Below, piece after piece: positions 14,725 through 27,470 of a stretch of 64,000 bases of DNA. Numbering within the stretch: position 1 is the first letter of the stretch; every line of letters starts with the position of its first letter. The notes beneath the pieces are model-generated. The model did no database searches. It was given only the letters and a program-made list of their open reading frames with translations, and was not told where the DNA came from. The stretch lies in the NCBI GenBank assembly GCA_951406725.2, contig OX597821.1, positions 60,140,001-60,204,000 on the forward strand. The letters are read 5' to 3'. The position numbers were made by a program, and so were the translations under genes. This DNA is from Octopus vulgaris (lineage: Eukaryota).

Positions 14725-15437
14725 GTGTTGTTCACAGAACTACATCTGCTGTGTCCAGGTGTTCTACCCTTTCAAAAAGGAACTGTAAAATTAATTATGT
14801 AAATCACACCAAAATAAATCTTATCCTATCCTAAACTTAATTCTACTTAACATCTACCTTTCTACTTTACCATCCACCCACCGGCCATCCCTCCATCCAG
14901 AATCATTCACAAAAATGCGACAAAGGATAAATGCTCAGTGATATACAGTATCCTAGCCCATATATCATGTGGTCCTTGTGTGACCCACCTGACAAGGGCT
15001 TTAATGTGGTCAGAAATAACTACTGATACTACTGACCTCTTGCTGACATAGAGACAATTTAACTAAGGAGGACATCAATGGTACATCTCTTCACACATAC
15101 ACACTCGCTCACATACACAGCGTGTGTGAGTGAGTATAGGGGGTTTTAGACCCCTGGGTCCTGATGGAGCATACCTATGAATTTGTACACACTGGGTGGC
15201 TGCTGACATCTGCTGCTATGTTAAAAAAAAAAACTAAAAAAAAATATTTGCATGGACCATTGGAAAATTTAACATTTTCTAATTGCGTTTTAGATGTTTC
15301 TGAATGAAATCTGAATAAGTAATGCAGGGAGAACCAGTAAAAATAAATAAAGGTTACCCATCTATCTGAATACTGTTAACTAACAAGAACAGATTTTTCA
15401 CACACACACACATAAATATACATATAAATATATACAC

Positions 15438-15481
<44 letters not shown>

Positions 15482-15489
15482 AATCCAAA

Positions 15490-15775
15490 CGGGAAACAAA
15501 AAAAACAACAACAAGGGAACAATTACAGTATTATTATTAATAGGCGCTCAGGAAATGGAAGCAGGAAGGTATGACGTTTCGAGCGGAGCTCTTCGTCGGA
15601 AACATAAAGAAGGAAGAGAGAGGAAAGAAAGATCCCGGAGCGGGCAACGGAGATAGAGAAAAAACGGCTGGTGTTAGCAGAAGCACATGGTGAAAGGCGG
15701 ATGTTTACGATAACAAGAGCAAAGTGGGTTTTTAAAGGCAAAAGAGTGGAGACAAGGTTGGTAACGCAACAGATG
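15490..15775 (-). mobile_element. Young CpG-rich Penelope-like terminal repeat with a variant hammerhead (15569-15604)
   Basis: CCGACGA A GAGC ucc GCUC GAAA CG UC, followed by ttcctgagcg...taatac. Decayed relatives on + at 3564-3660 and about 24020-24140. Confidence 0.6.
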
Positions 15776-15793
15776 TGTGTGTATGTGTGAGAC

Positions 15794-15990
<197 letters not shown>

Positions 15991-16271
15991 AATATTTATA
16001 TATAAAAAGTATAAGTATATATATATAATATAGATTTGATTCCACTGTGTGTGCATGTATATTATTTTTGGGGAGCAAATCTTTCAGACCATACATTATT
16101 AAAAAAAGATCTCAACAGATTTTTAATAGTTTCCCTTTATGCTTTTGTAACTTATTTTTCATTACACCATAAAAATGTAGATTTATAATTAAATGAAAAA
16201 CAAAAAAAGAAAAACTTATGGTGAACTATCAGGAATGTGTTATAGTCATGTTACAACAGCACACACACATG

Positions 16272-16338
<67 letters not shown>

Positions 16339-16559
16339 CATACACATACATGCATATACACACACATATATGCAAATATATATATATGTATATATACACA
16401 CATTAATTTGCATATGGAAATTTGCATATAAGATAAAAAGAAAATTTGTCTTATCAATGAAAAATCTGATGGAAACGACCATTCTACTGCCAATCATGTA
16501 AAAGGAACTAAGCACTACAAAGAGAATAAATACCGACATTGGCAGTGCCATTATTACTA

Positions 16560-18120
16560 CTATTGTATTATACCACCACTAACACCACCATCTCTTTCTT
16601 CTCTGATACCCAATACAATTTACTAGAGATTTACATTCAACTGACACACCACTCTAAGAACAAATAGCAGATGGCTTCAACAATAAAAGTCTTCATTATG
16701 CATTATCATCATCACAACCAACATAAATATCAGCATAGACTTTAATTCAATGCCCTTGTGCATCTCATAAATACAATTTACTAGAGATTTACATTCAACT
16801 GACACACCACTCTAAGAACAAATAGCAGATGGCTTCAACAATAAAAGTCTTTTATGAATACCAACCTTGCATTATATACAACCACTAAACTTCCTAGATT
16901 CTCTACAAAATGAAATACTATAAAATTCTGCCTTAAAAGTTCTCTTTCAACCTACATATGCACAATCTGCCTCGCCACTGTACACATACTGCCTCGCCAC
17001 TGTACACATAGTACCACTCTCTGCTGATACTTCAATCACAAATTATGACATAATGTTGGCAAGCAAACTATTCTTCCCATTGCTAAGCTTATATATAATA
17101 ATATATTTAGAAGACTTGTAATTTCCAAATGGTGTACTACAAGGATCTATCCTCTCAACCATTCTCTTTAACATATGCCTTCACAAAATTACCTGTACAA
17201 GTGAGATCACCATGCAAAACTACAAACCTTGAGGAGGTGGCATTACATAAGAGGATGAAGGGTTTAGTATGAGAAGGGACCAAAGCAGAATAGGTTTCTT
17301 GCTGTAGAGGGTTACATGAATATTAACATTTTATACACCCTCATATACAAATGACATCACAATCATAATCTTCTACCATTTATTGACATAGAAGCACAAT
17401 GCTATTCTATATCAAACAATCTAGTAAAGCTACTAGCCCTTGAGTTTGATACCACCACACCTGTCCCCTATACAGACTTATATTCGAAACCCAAAAGTGC
17501 TACCCTGATAAAAGCATTGCCCACCCCTATGTAGACCACCTCCATCACCATCCACCCCATGCTCTAGCTACGCAACAGTGAACCCTCTGGTAATTAAAAC
17601 TAGCGAACTGGTTGGAGCTATGCCATATCTACACTAACTCTCACTGCAGTAAATGTGCTTCACCTCTGACCCATCTGACACAGCTAAGTGGATGATTGGT
17701 ACCATCCTCTTATATGTATGTTACCACATTTCCCTTCCCATGCAACCAAAAGCCATAACCCTCACACCACAAACTGGTTCACACACAGCTGCACAAGCAA
17801 AGAACACAACCTACAATACTTGGAAATCATCCAATATCAGCAACAGGAGAGGGTGTTCATACAAGATAATCATCACAATACATGAAAGTTAACTGTGATG
17901 TGTCGACATTGTCTCACTTCCCAGCAAATTTCTACATTAGATACTTTTCTGAATCCTTCCTACGCAGAACCACAGTTCTCTGGGATGAACACCCTATTCA
18001 TACTCCACCCCACTTATATCCACTACCAACACCACTGACATAACATATATCTAAGTACATTGACTTCACTGACTGCACCAATCTAGGATGGTATCCAAAG
18101 GTACCGCCACCGCTCTTCCT
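16560..18120 (+). mobile_element. Old CR1/L2/Jockey-group LINE reverse transcriptase remnant, interrupted
   Basis: NGVLQGSILSTILFNI (about 17128-17176; cf. GVPQGSILSP.LFNI), YTNDITI (about 17344; cf. YADD), FLRRTTVLWDE (about 17956; cf. FFPRT..LWN.LP). Confidence 0.65.
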
Positions 18121-19251
18121 TCAACTAAATATTAACAATAATGATAATAATTTTTGTTTTAGGTACAAGGCCAGCAGTTTTGAAGAGGAGGAGTAGTTGA
18201 TCTCTCAGTACTTGACGAGTACTTTGTTCTACTAACTGGTAGGGATAAAAGGCAAAGTTGACCCTGGTGGAAATTGAACTCAAAACATAAAGGGTCAGAA
18301 GAAATACTGTAAGGCATTTTATACTCTATTAATTATGTCACCTCACTGCCTTTAAAATAATAATAATGAAATTGTGGGGGAGGGGGGCCAGTCAATTTTA
18401 TTGACCCCAGTACTCAACTGGTTACTTATTTTATCAACCCTGAAAGGATGAAAGGCAAAGTTGACCTCAGCAGCATTTGAGCTCAGACTATAAAGCTGGA
18501 CAAAATGCCGCTAAGCATGTTAACCTGCTATGCTAATAATAATGATGATGATAAAAATGCCCTGACGCAGTGCCTAGCACTGGCTCTCATGGCTTCTGAT
18601 CCTAACTGATTGGAAGTGTTGTCATGTACATCTTTTGTCTTGGTATTAAAGATGGGCTACAGCAAATATTCTGCTCAATACCACAGATTTGCTTGACCTT
18701 AACCAGTTGAGTATGTCCCTTGATGGCTGACGATATGTCATCCCTGATCACAAGCAGAGGTAATGGGAGAACATCATAGCATTGTGTTGAGAGGGATTCT
18801 TTGGGATTTGAATAATTCACCTCTGGAAACATGAGTGCTTCATTCATCATCCTTAAACAACCCTTATTCAGGAACCTTTTGAGCAGGATGGTCTACTTGA
18901 CCTGAAGAAAATTCTAATCTGCAAAGTCATGCACCATTTATCTTGATATCAGATCACCATGTCATGCACATATGACTGTGATCCATGGGCCTGGGTGTAT
19001 TGGGCTTTGTATATTTGTACCCCAGTGTCACTTTGATGATATGCACTACTCTCTCACTCTGTAATAACTATTCTTTTATCTTTTATTTGTTTCAGTCATC
19101 TTGACTGTGGCCATGCTGGAGCACCACCTTTAGTCAAAGAAATCAACCCCATGACTTATTCTTTGTAAGCCTAGTACTTATTCCATCGGTCTCTTAGCCA
19201 AACTGCTAGGTGACGGAGTCATAAACACAACAACATCGGTTGTCAAGCGAT

Positions 19252-19289
<38 letters not shown>

Positions 19290-19364
19290 CATACATATAT
19301 AAACATGTATATATATACATACATATACATGTATATATATACATGTGTGTGTATGTATATATAT

Positions 19365-19752
19365 ATATCATCATCATCATCATCATCATCGTTTAACGTC
19401 CGCTTTCCATGCTAGCATGGGTTGGACGGTTCAACTGGGGTCTGGGAAGCCCGAAGGCTGCACCAGGCCAGTCAGATGTGGCAGTGTTTCTACAGCTGGA
19501 TGCCCTTCCTAACGCCAACCACTCCGAGAGTGTAGTGGGTGATTTTATGTGCCACCGACACAGGTGCCAGACGAGGCTGGCAGACGGCCACGCTCGGATG
19601 GTGTTTTTTATGTGCCACCGACACAGGTGCCAGACGAGGCTGGCAGACGGCCACGCTCGGATGGTGTTTTCTTATGTGTCACCGACACAGGTGCCAGACG
19701 AGGCTGGCGGACGGCCACGCTCGGATGGTGTTTGTTACGTGCCCTCAGCACG
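19365..19752 (-). mobile_element. RTE 3'-UTR/tail copy containing three tandem copies of a 62-63 bp unit, inserted in a SINE
   Basis: Same 3' tail as the 36157 LINE. Unit ttttatgtgccaccgacacaggtgccagacgaggctggcagacggccacgctcggatggtgt occurs three times at about 19543-19740. Confidence 0.75.
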
Positions 19753-20329
19753 GATATATATATACACACAACTGGCTTCTTTCAGTTTCCATTTACCAAA
19801 TTCACTCACAAGGCTTTGGTTGGCCCGATGCTATAGTAGAAGACACTTGCCCAAGCTGCCACGCAGTGGGACTGAACCCGGAATCATGTGGTTGGCAAGC
19901 AAGCTCCTCCTGCGCCTATAATAATAATCGTTTCTAATTTTTTTTAGGCAGGAGACCATCAATATTAGGAAGGGATAAGGCAGCAAGCTGGCCAAATCAT
20001 TAGCATGTCAAGCAAAATACTTACTGGCATTTCATCTGTCTTTACAGTCTGAGTTCAAATTCCGCCAAGTTTGACTTTGCCTTTCATGCTATCAGGGTCA
20101 ATAAATTAAGTACCAGTTGAATACTGGGGTCGATATAATTGACTGGTACTTTATCTGGTTGCACCAGGAACAGCCAACACTGATTTCCAAACAACCACAA
20201 TGGTGAAATGTATCCTTTATCTTTTACTTGTTTCAGTCATTAGACTGTGGCCATGCTGGGGCACTGCCTTGAAGAACTTTTAGTCCAATGAATCAACCCC
20301 AGTTCTTATCATTTTAAATTATATACATA

Positions 20330-20704
20330 GGCGTAGGAGTGGCTGTGTGGTAAGTAGCTTGTTTACCAACCACATGGTTCTGGGTTCAGTCCCACTGCAT
20401 GGCACCTTGGGCAAGTGTCTTCTACTGTAGCCTCGGGCCAACCAAAGCTTTGTGAGTGGATTTGGTAGATGGAAACTTAAAGAAGCCTGTTGTATATATG
20501 TATATGTGTGTGTGTTTGTCCCCCCCAACATCGCTTGACAACTGATGCTGGTGTGTTTACGTCCCTGTAACTTAGCGGTTCGGCAAAAGAGCCGATAGAA
20601 TAAGTACTAGGCTTACAAAGAATAAGTCCTAGGGTTGATTTGCTTGACAAAAGGTGGTGCTCAGCATGGTCACAGTCACATGACTGAAACAAGTAAAAGA
20701 GAAT
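20330..20704 (+). mobile_element. tRNA-derived CORE-type SINE (best-preserved copy of the dominant family), nested in an opposite-strand copy (about 20215-20980)
   Basis: A box TGGCTGTGTGGTAAG, B box GGTTCAGTCC and CORE-like GGCACCTTGGGCAAGTGTCTTCTAC. Dozens of diverged copies on both strands throughout 1-55 kb. Confidence 0.85.
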
Positions 20705-22696
20705 ATTCTGTTAGTCTTTCAGGCTAAACTTCTAATTTATAGGGACATAAACATACCAACACTGGTTGTCAAGTGGTGGTGGGAGGAGGACAAATACAGA
20801 CACACACACACATCTACACAACAGGCCTCTTTCAGTTTTCATTTACCAAATCCACCCACAAGGCTTTAGTCAGCCCAAGACTATAGTAGAAGACACCTTC
20901 CCAAGATACCATACAGGGGACTAAACCCGAAACCATATAGTTGGAAAGCAAGCTTCCTACCACACAATCACACCTGTATGTATTAACAAATGATGTAAAC
21001 TTGGGTTTAATGTAATTTCTCCCATATTCGCTCTGTATATTATGAATAGTAATATTACTAAGTATAGTAGTAGCTTAAACACCATACTGGAAGCAGACTG
21101 GATGATGACAATGTATGTGGAGCTCTAAACTCAAGAGTAGTAGTCATACATCTATTTGCACATACTTGATGGATGGATGGGTGTTCTCTTCTGATCTAAT
21201 CATATAAATTCTTCCTCTGAGGAAGGGATTACTTTCTAACAAATGTACAAAGCTCCATCATTAGAATATAGATAACAAAAACAATGTCACATTTTAAACT
21301 TGAGAAAAATCTTGCATATTTTGACTGTTCCACTAACAGATTGTATTTGTAATGTGTAAGTTAGTTGGTTGATACCTTTTTCTGAAAACCCTAACTTACC
21401 CAGATTGTCACATGATGTGTGTGTGTGTGTGTGTGTGTGTGTCTGTCTGTCTGTATGTGTTTGTGTGCACCCTTGGCTAGATACCATGTGGTGGCTGTAA
21501 ACAAGTATATCATCAGTTCCAGTCATCCATGAAAAACATGTCTGACCATGGAGGAATTATTATCTTGCTTCGAAAATGGTATGGGTTAATGACAGGAAGA
21601 GCACCCTGCTGTACAATACCTGCCACAATAAATTCCATGACCCATACAAGCATGGATAAGTGAATGTTAAATGATGATGATGAATAGTTTAAAATCATTC
21701 CTCATGTCTGATAAAAAAAAAACAAAAAAAACAGAAACAACAAAATATTCAGTTTTACCAATATTTTGAGGGTAACTTTTGTAAATCTGGATACTTGCAT
21801 ACTTTTGGAGCAATTGGTTCTACAATAAAATGCCCTTCATATTATGATTTTGTTCTTTCTTTTTTTTCTTTTTTTTTAATTGTTTCAGTCATTGAACTGT
21901 GGCCGTGCTGGAACACTGTCTTGAAAGAGTCTAATCAAACAAATCGACCCTGGTACTCATTTTGTAAGTGAAATACTTATTCTATAAGCCTCTTTTTCTG
22001 AACTGTTTGCGAAGTTACAGATTCTAGCATAGAAATAGGATCGGTATTAATAATCCAGTTACGTAGTCTAGGACAAATAGAATAATGTACTTTGCCGAAG
22101 GACACAAGATAATAGTTGTAGCATTGTGTGAATTTGTGAATATGCAGTCAGTAGCTCAGCTATTTGACCTCACATCCATTGTGTGTCACAAACAGACAAT
22201 ATGGGGTTAATGAAGTAAAAATTGGACAATTGAAAAATATTCCCAAACCTATAAAAATACAATACTCTTAGCATTGCTTGCACACCTTTCCTAACTCAAA
22301 CTTTTGTAAACAATAACACATTTTTGTCAGAACCCGCTTCAAACAATTTCTAGTTGTTATGAAAGGTAATCTTCATAAAGCTATTTCCAATTATACAGGT
22401 TCTGCTTGACAAGAAGCTCACATGATATTACCATATTTCTATGCAGTTGCTATGGAGATAATTATCCTATAGTGAAATTCATAAAACTGAGAAAACTACT
22501 TTCAAACTCTATAATGGGTGGATGGCAGAATCAATAAAGTATCTGACAAAAAACAGCTTGGGCTATTTGGTTAAAGTCTTCAAGATTCGGGGTTCAAACC
22601 CTACTCAGGTACAATTTGACTTTTAACTGTCCAACAATGATGAAATAAGAAATTGATGAAATAATTACTGGGATTAATGTAATTAACTCTCTAGAA

Positions 22697-23038
22697 CAGG
22701 GCTGGCCAACCTGAGGCCCACGGGCTGCATGCGGCCCACAGACTTTTATCTTGCAGCCTGCTTGATACTTTCTTGAAATGGGTTTATTTAAACAAACATT
22801 TAAAAAATTTTATCAAAAATTAAAGATTGTAATGAAAAGTAAAAAAGAAAGATACTACTGTTTTTTGCAATGATAATATTTTATGATGAACCAATGATCA
22901 TTCATTCATTATTCTAATAATTGCAAAATGAATAAAATAAAAGCAAAATGCTTCCATTTCTGTCAGTATACAATCAGCTCACAAAAAACTTTCTGTGATT
23001 AAAGTGGTTTACAATATAATTCAAGTTGGCCAGGCCAG
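22697..23038. mobile_element. hAT (Charlie-like) MITE
   Basis: TIRs CAGGGCTGGCCAAC / GTTGGCCAGGCCAG; 8-bp TSD ctctagaa / ctctagag. Confidence 0.8.
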
Positions 23039-23945
23039 CTCTAGAGGGTGACAGCTGAGTATCACCAATCTTTTATTTGTTTCAGGCACTGAACTGTGGC
23101 CATACTGGGGCACCACTTTGAAGGGTTTACTCAAACTAGTCAACCCCAATACTTATTGCTTTCCTTAATCTGGTATTTATTTTATCAGTCTCTTTGCCAA
23201 ACTACTAAGTTATGGGGATGTAAACAAAACAACACCAGTTGATAAGCAGTGGTGGAGGACAAACACATATGATAAGCTTCTTACAGTTTCTGTCTACCAA
23301 ATCCATTTACAAGGCTTTGCATTGGCCCAAAACTATATAGTAGAAGACACTTGTTCAAGGTTCCACACACTAGGATTGAACCCAAAACCATGTGGCTTGG
23401 AAGCAAATTTCTTATCATACAGCCATGCCTGTGCCTATGGTCACAGTACTGAAACCAGTAAGATTAAAAGACTTCTAGTAAATTCACCAAATCAAGAATA
23501 AGGAACTGATGTCTATATATGTACAATGGTTAAATCTGAGTTGATTTCCAATTGAATATTCCTGTTTCTATAGTGACAACAGTGACAAATCGGACTTGGC
23601 TCACTTGTGCTAGCAAAGAAAAACAAGACTAAATGAAATAATAATGAATGATGATTAGTATTACATAAATAAATAAAATTTAAAAAAAAGAACTATAGTC
23701 ACAAGAACAGCAAATGATTTGCCTAGGAAAACCACACAGGGCTGCCACAATCATTTCAGAAATAGATACAGTACTTATTACAATAGTTTTTCCTCTTATT
23801 TTTTCTTTTAACTGCTGGTACTTTTTGTCTAATACATTTGTATTTTAAACCAATCTCTGATTACAAATCTATAAATAATGATTTCCTTTGAGAAAACACA
23901 CACAGAGAAGAGTGTAGTCAAGGTAATTGGCACCAATACATTACT

Positions 23946-23979
<34 letters not shown>

Positions 23980-25485
23980 AACACATTTCTCTCTCTCTCT
24001 CTCTATTTTTTTCCTTTCATCCTTTTCTGTTGGGGAGTATAAGTTTGAAAGCCTAAGACTTTTCCATTTTTCCCAGGTGTCAAACTAATACACTTGCTTA
24101 TTGTTTCCTCACCTGTCTCTATCTTTTCTTTTCTGTACATTTGAACCATCATCATTATCATCATTTAACATCTGTTGTCCATGCCAGCATCAGTTAAGTG
24201 ATTTGACCAGAGCTGGCATGCTGGAGAGCTGCCCCAGACTCCAGTCTGATTTAGCATAGTTTCTACGGTTAGATGCCCTTCCTAACACCAACCATTTTAC
24301 AGACTGTGCTGGATGCTTTTATGTGGCACCACACAGGCACCTTCACATGGCACCACATGGGCACTTTTATGTAACTGCTATATTTCAAGATTAAAGCACA
24401 GGCATGGTTGTGTTGCTTAGAAGCTCATTTAGCAACCATGTAGTCTTGGGTTCAGTTCCACTGTACAACATCTTGGACAAGTGTCTTCAACTGTAGCCCC
24501 CAGCTGAACAATGCCTTGTGAGTGAATTTAATAGATGGAACTTGTGTGGAAGGCTGTTTATACACACACACACACACACACGTGTACATACATATATACA
24601 CACATACATGTGACTTAGCAGTTTGGCAAAAGAGACCAATAAAATAAGTACCAGACATAAAAAGAATAAATCCTGGTGTTGACATGTAAAACACTTCAAG
24701 GCCGTACTCCAGCATGGCTACAGTCCAACGACTGAAACAAGTATGTATAAAACACAAATTGACATAGAATTCCATTCATTTCAGTAATATATTAGATAAA
24801 CCTGAAATAGCAAAGAAAGCTTAAATGTTCCACAGTGAACTTTTGTGACAGCGAAAGAATACTATCCTTTCATAGCTATAAACTAGACAACCTTTACCAG
24901 CTGCCTTCATGCACATTTCAGCAAATTGTTGTAGTGTGCCTGAAGATCAAACTTATGAACAAAAGCTGAAATTTTATGAGTAATCTACATCTCTGTATTG
25001 CCTACAGTACAGCTATGATCCCTTTTCCCACACAATTAGAAAGCAGGCTTCCAGAAGAATATAGCTGAAGGTATATTAATGCACCAAGAAACCACATGGT
25101 ATATGAACAATGAACCATAAATGAATGCCAACGAAGGTCACACACAAGCAGCATACTTAAGCCTTCTGGCAAGCCAGTTAAACAAAGCTCTACAACTCAC
25201 AAAACTACCAACGACCAATCAAAACATGCAATCCTTTACAAGAAAATATATAAAAACAAAATGTATATAAATAACATCAATGTACTCAAAAAAAAAGAGT
25301 TTGATGGAAACTTTTGGCTAAAATCATAACTTAATAAAGTAAATTTATCAATATTATTAATGCTGTCAATATCATCATAGAGTGGGTATTTGGTTTCAAT
25401 TTTATTCCATTCACAACATTATTTGTTAATACTCTACCATCTACATACAAAACAGTTAAGGCTTGTGGTATAAAAATAGTGGTTG

Positions 25486-25517
<32 letters not shown>

Positions 25518-26499
25518 CATCATCATTATTATTATTTTCTACTTTCCTCCATTTGGAGAAAGGCATTGCAACTCAAAGATGTTAGTCATGATAACAAATG
25601 ACAAAAAGCAAAAAAAAAAGACATAAAAATGTGCAAAGCATGTATATTTCATGTCAGTTACATGATACAAAGAAAAATAAAACCGAATCTGAAGGTATCC
25701 ATATATATCATCATCATCATCATTTAATGTTCTAGTAATCCATCAGTGCTGGCAACATAAAAATAAACACCTAGTTACACTCTGCAAAGTGCTTTGAAAG
25801 AAGCCTGAAGCAGAGGGTATAAAGAAGTGAAATACAACCAGTGTGTGTGTGTGTTTATTATTGGCATAATGACCTTTTTGAGATACAACAAAACAGGTTA
25901 AGAAATATATCAAAAAAAAAAAAAAAATTGATTCAAGTATATTAAACTTTTTGAAAAAATAGTAAATCGGTGAGCCAAAGACTAAAGGAGACATCATTCT
26001 GAGCCAATTACATAATCAAGCACAATATCTCCAGTGATTTCTTTTTCTACAGCTTTTTCAATGTTGCTTTGGTGCATTTAAAGAATTGATGGTACAACTA
26101 GCTTCAAAGAGCAACATGCAAGGAAGAACAACTATGGTGAAAGCATTTTTAAAGAGGTGGAGAAAATATGGACAAAATACAATTTGACAAAGTTCAAATT
26201 GACGGAGTACAAGATCCAATCCTTGTTGCCATGTGGTGGCTTGCATGCCTCATATACAAGCAGAATGCAAGCTCCCTTGCCGGACAAGTCAGAGGGAAGC
26301 AGCCAAACTAACTAAGGACCACTTCTTCCCAGAGGTAAAAGTAGGCTTGCATAGAACCAACATCCCTACCTAGAAAAAAGCCAAGTTACTGACAATTCAA
26401 TGACAATTCTGAACCAACAAGACCTGGGAGAAGAAAGGCCAAGATTCGGCAACAGAGGAGGAAAGTTGTTGATAGCCTATGCTCTATAGGGAACAAACG

Positions 26500-27470
26500 G
26501 CTTAATGAATGACAATCTGGTTTGGAAATGTCTAAAACATATGACTGATAGTATAAAATATGGTAATGGAAAAAAATGTGAAGGAAAAACCTTTGTAAGG
26601 CAAGTCTACGTAATTTGTGAGTGCAGCATGAGGTGTGCAAAACCTATAGGCACTTTGCAAAAACCATTTAGATCTATCAGGTGTGATAGAACCAGTTGTA
26701 TCAACAGTGAATTTTTATTTGATTGCATGCACTCGATCATGACCAGTTTTGAACCTTTCTGAAGACCAAAAAAAAAAAAAAAAAACGCTAAATGCACAGC
26801 AAATTGCTGTACCATACCATTGTAAGATGACTTGACGGTAGTAAAGTTATTTCATGATTTTTGAACTTCGAGATTTAAAATTGTTTTTTTTTTGTTTTTT
26901 TTTAATGAGAAGAATTATGCTCTACCACTATTTGCGAACAGTGAATGATTGTGGCAAGTAACATTCTCAGTTGACTTAATGATGCATTTTAATAAATTCA
27001 GCCCCAGCTGTGAAAATTACAACCAAGAAGCAAATTCTTCATTTCCTTTTAAATTTGCTCAAGGCATTCTCATTGGTCTGAAGCTAGAGTTTCTACATTT
27101 TCTCGGATCTTGATGAAAATGTAACACCATTAAAAATCTTTCAAAATCCATTTGGCTGCATTAGCAAAGAACTTTCAACACATTTTCAACTAAGAAGTTA
27201 TTGACTTGGAGTCAAATGACAAGTTACAAGAGAAAATTTGATTGACTTTCTTTCATACATGCCTTCCACATGAAAGATATATGCTTTAAAGTCTTTGGTT
27301 CAGAGATGGGATTTAACATTTGATACAATATATAAATGTGAGAAAAAACATTTTCAAAGATGAGGTACATTAAGTCTGTTTACAGATCAATGTTAAATGA
27401 TCACAACTTACAGTCAGCTTTAATCACAAGATCTACAAAATTTTGGCCATAATTAGAAAAAATTTTGTCC
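26500..27470 (+). pseudogene. Degenerate hAT (Buster/SPIN/GTF2IRD2-like) transposase relic
   Basis: Frame-broken matches: NLVWKCL..., LLYHTIVR*LDGSKVIS*FFELR (cf. LLYHTEVRWLSRGKVL.RFFELR), and dimerisation-domain-like CEKTFSKMRYIKSVYRSMLNDHNL. Confidence 0.8.

Noticed and set aside
20330-20410. tRNA genes
   Set aside because: A/B boxes belong to SINE heads; no complete cloverleaf.
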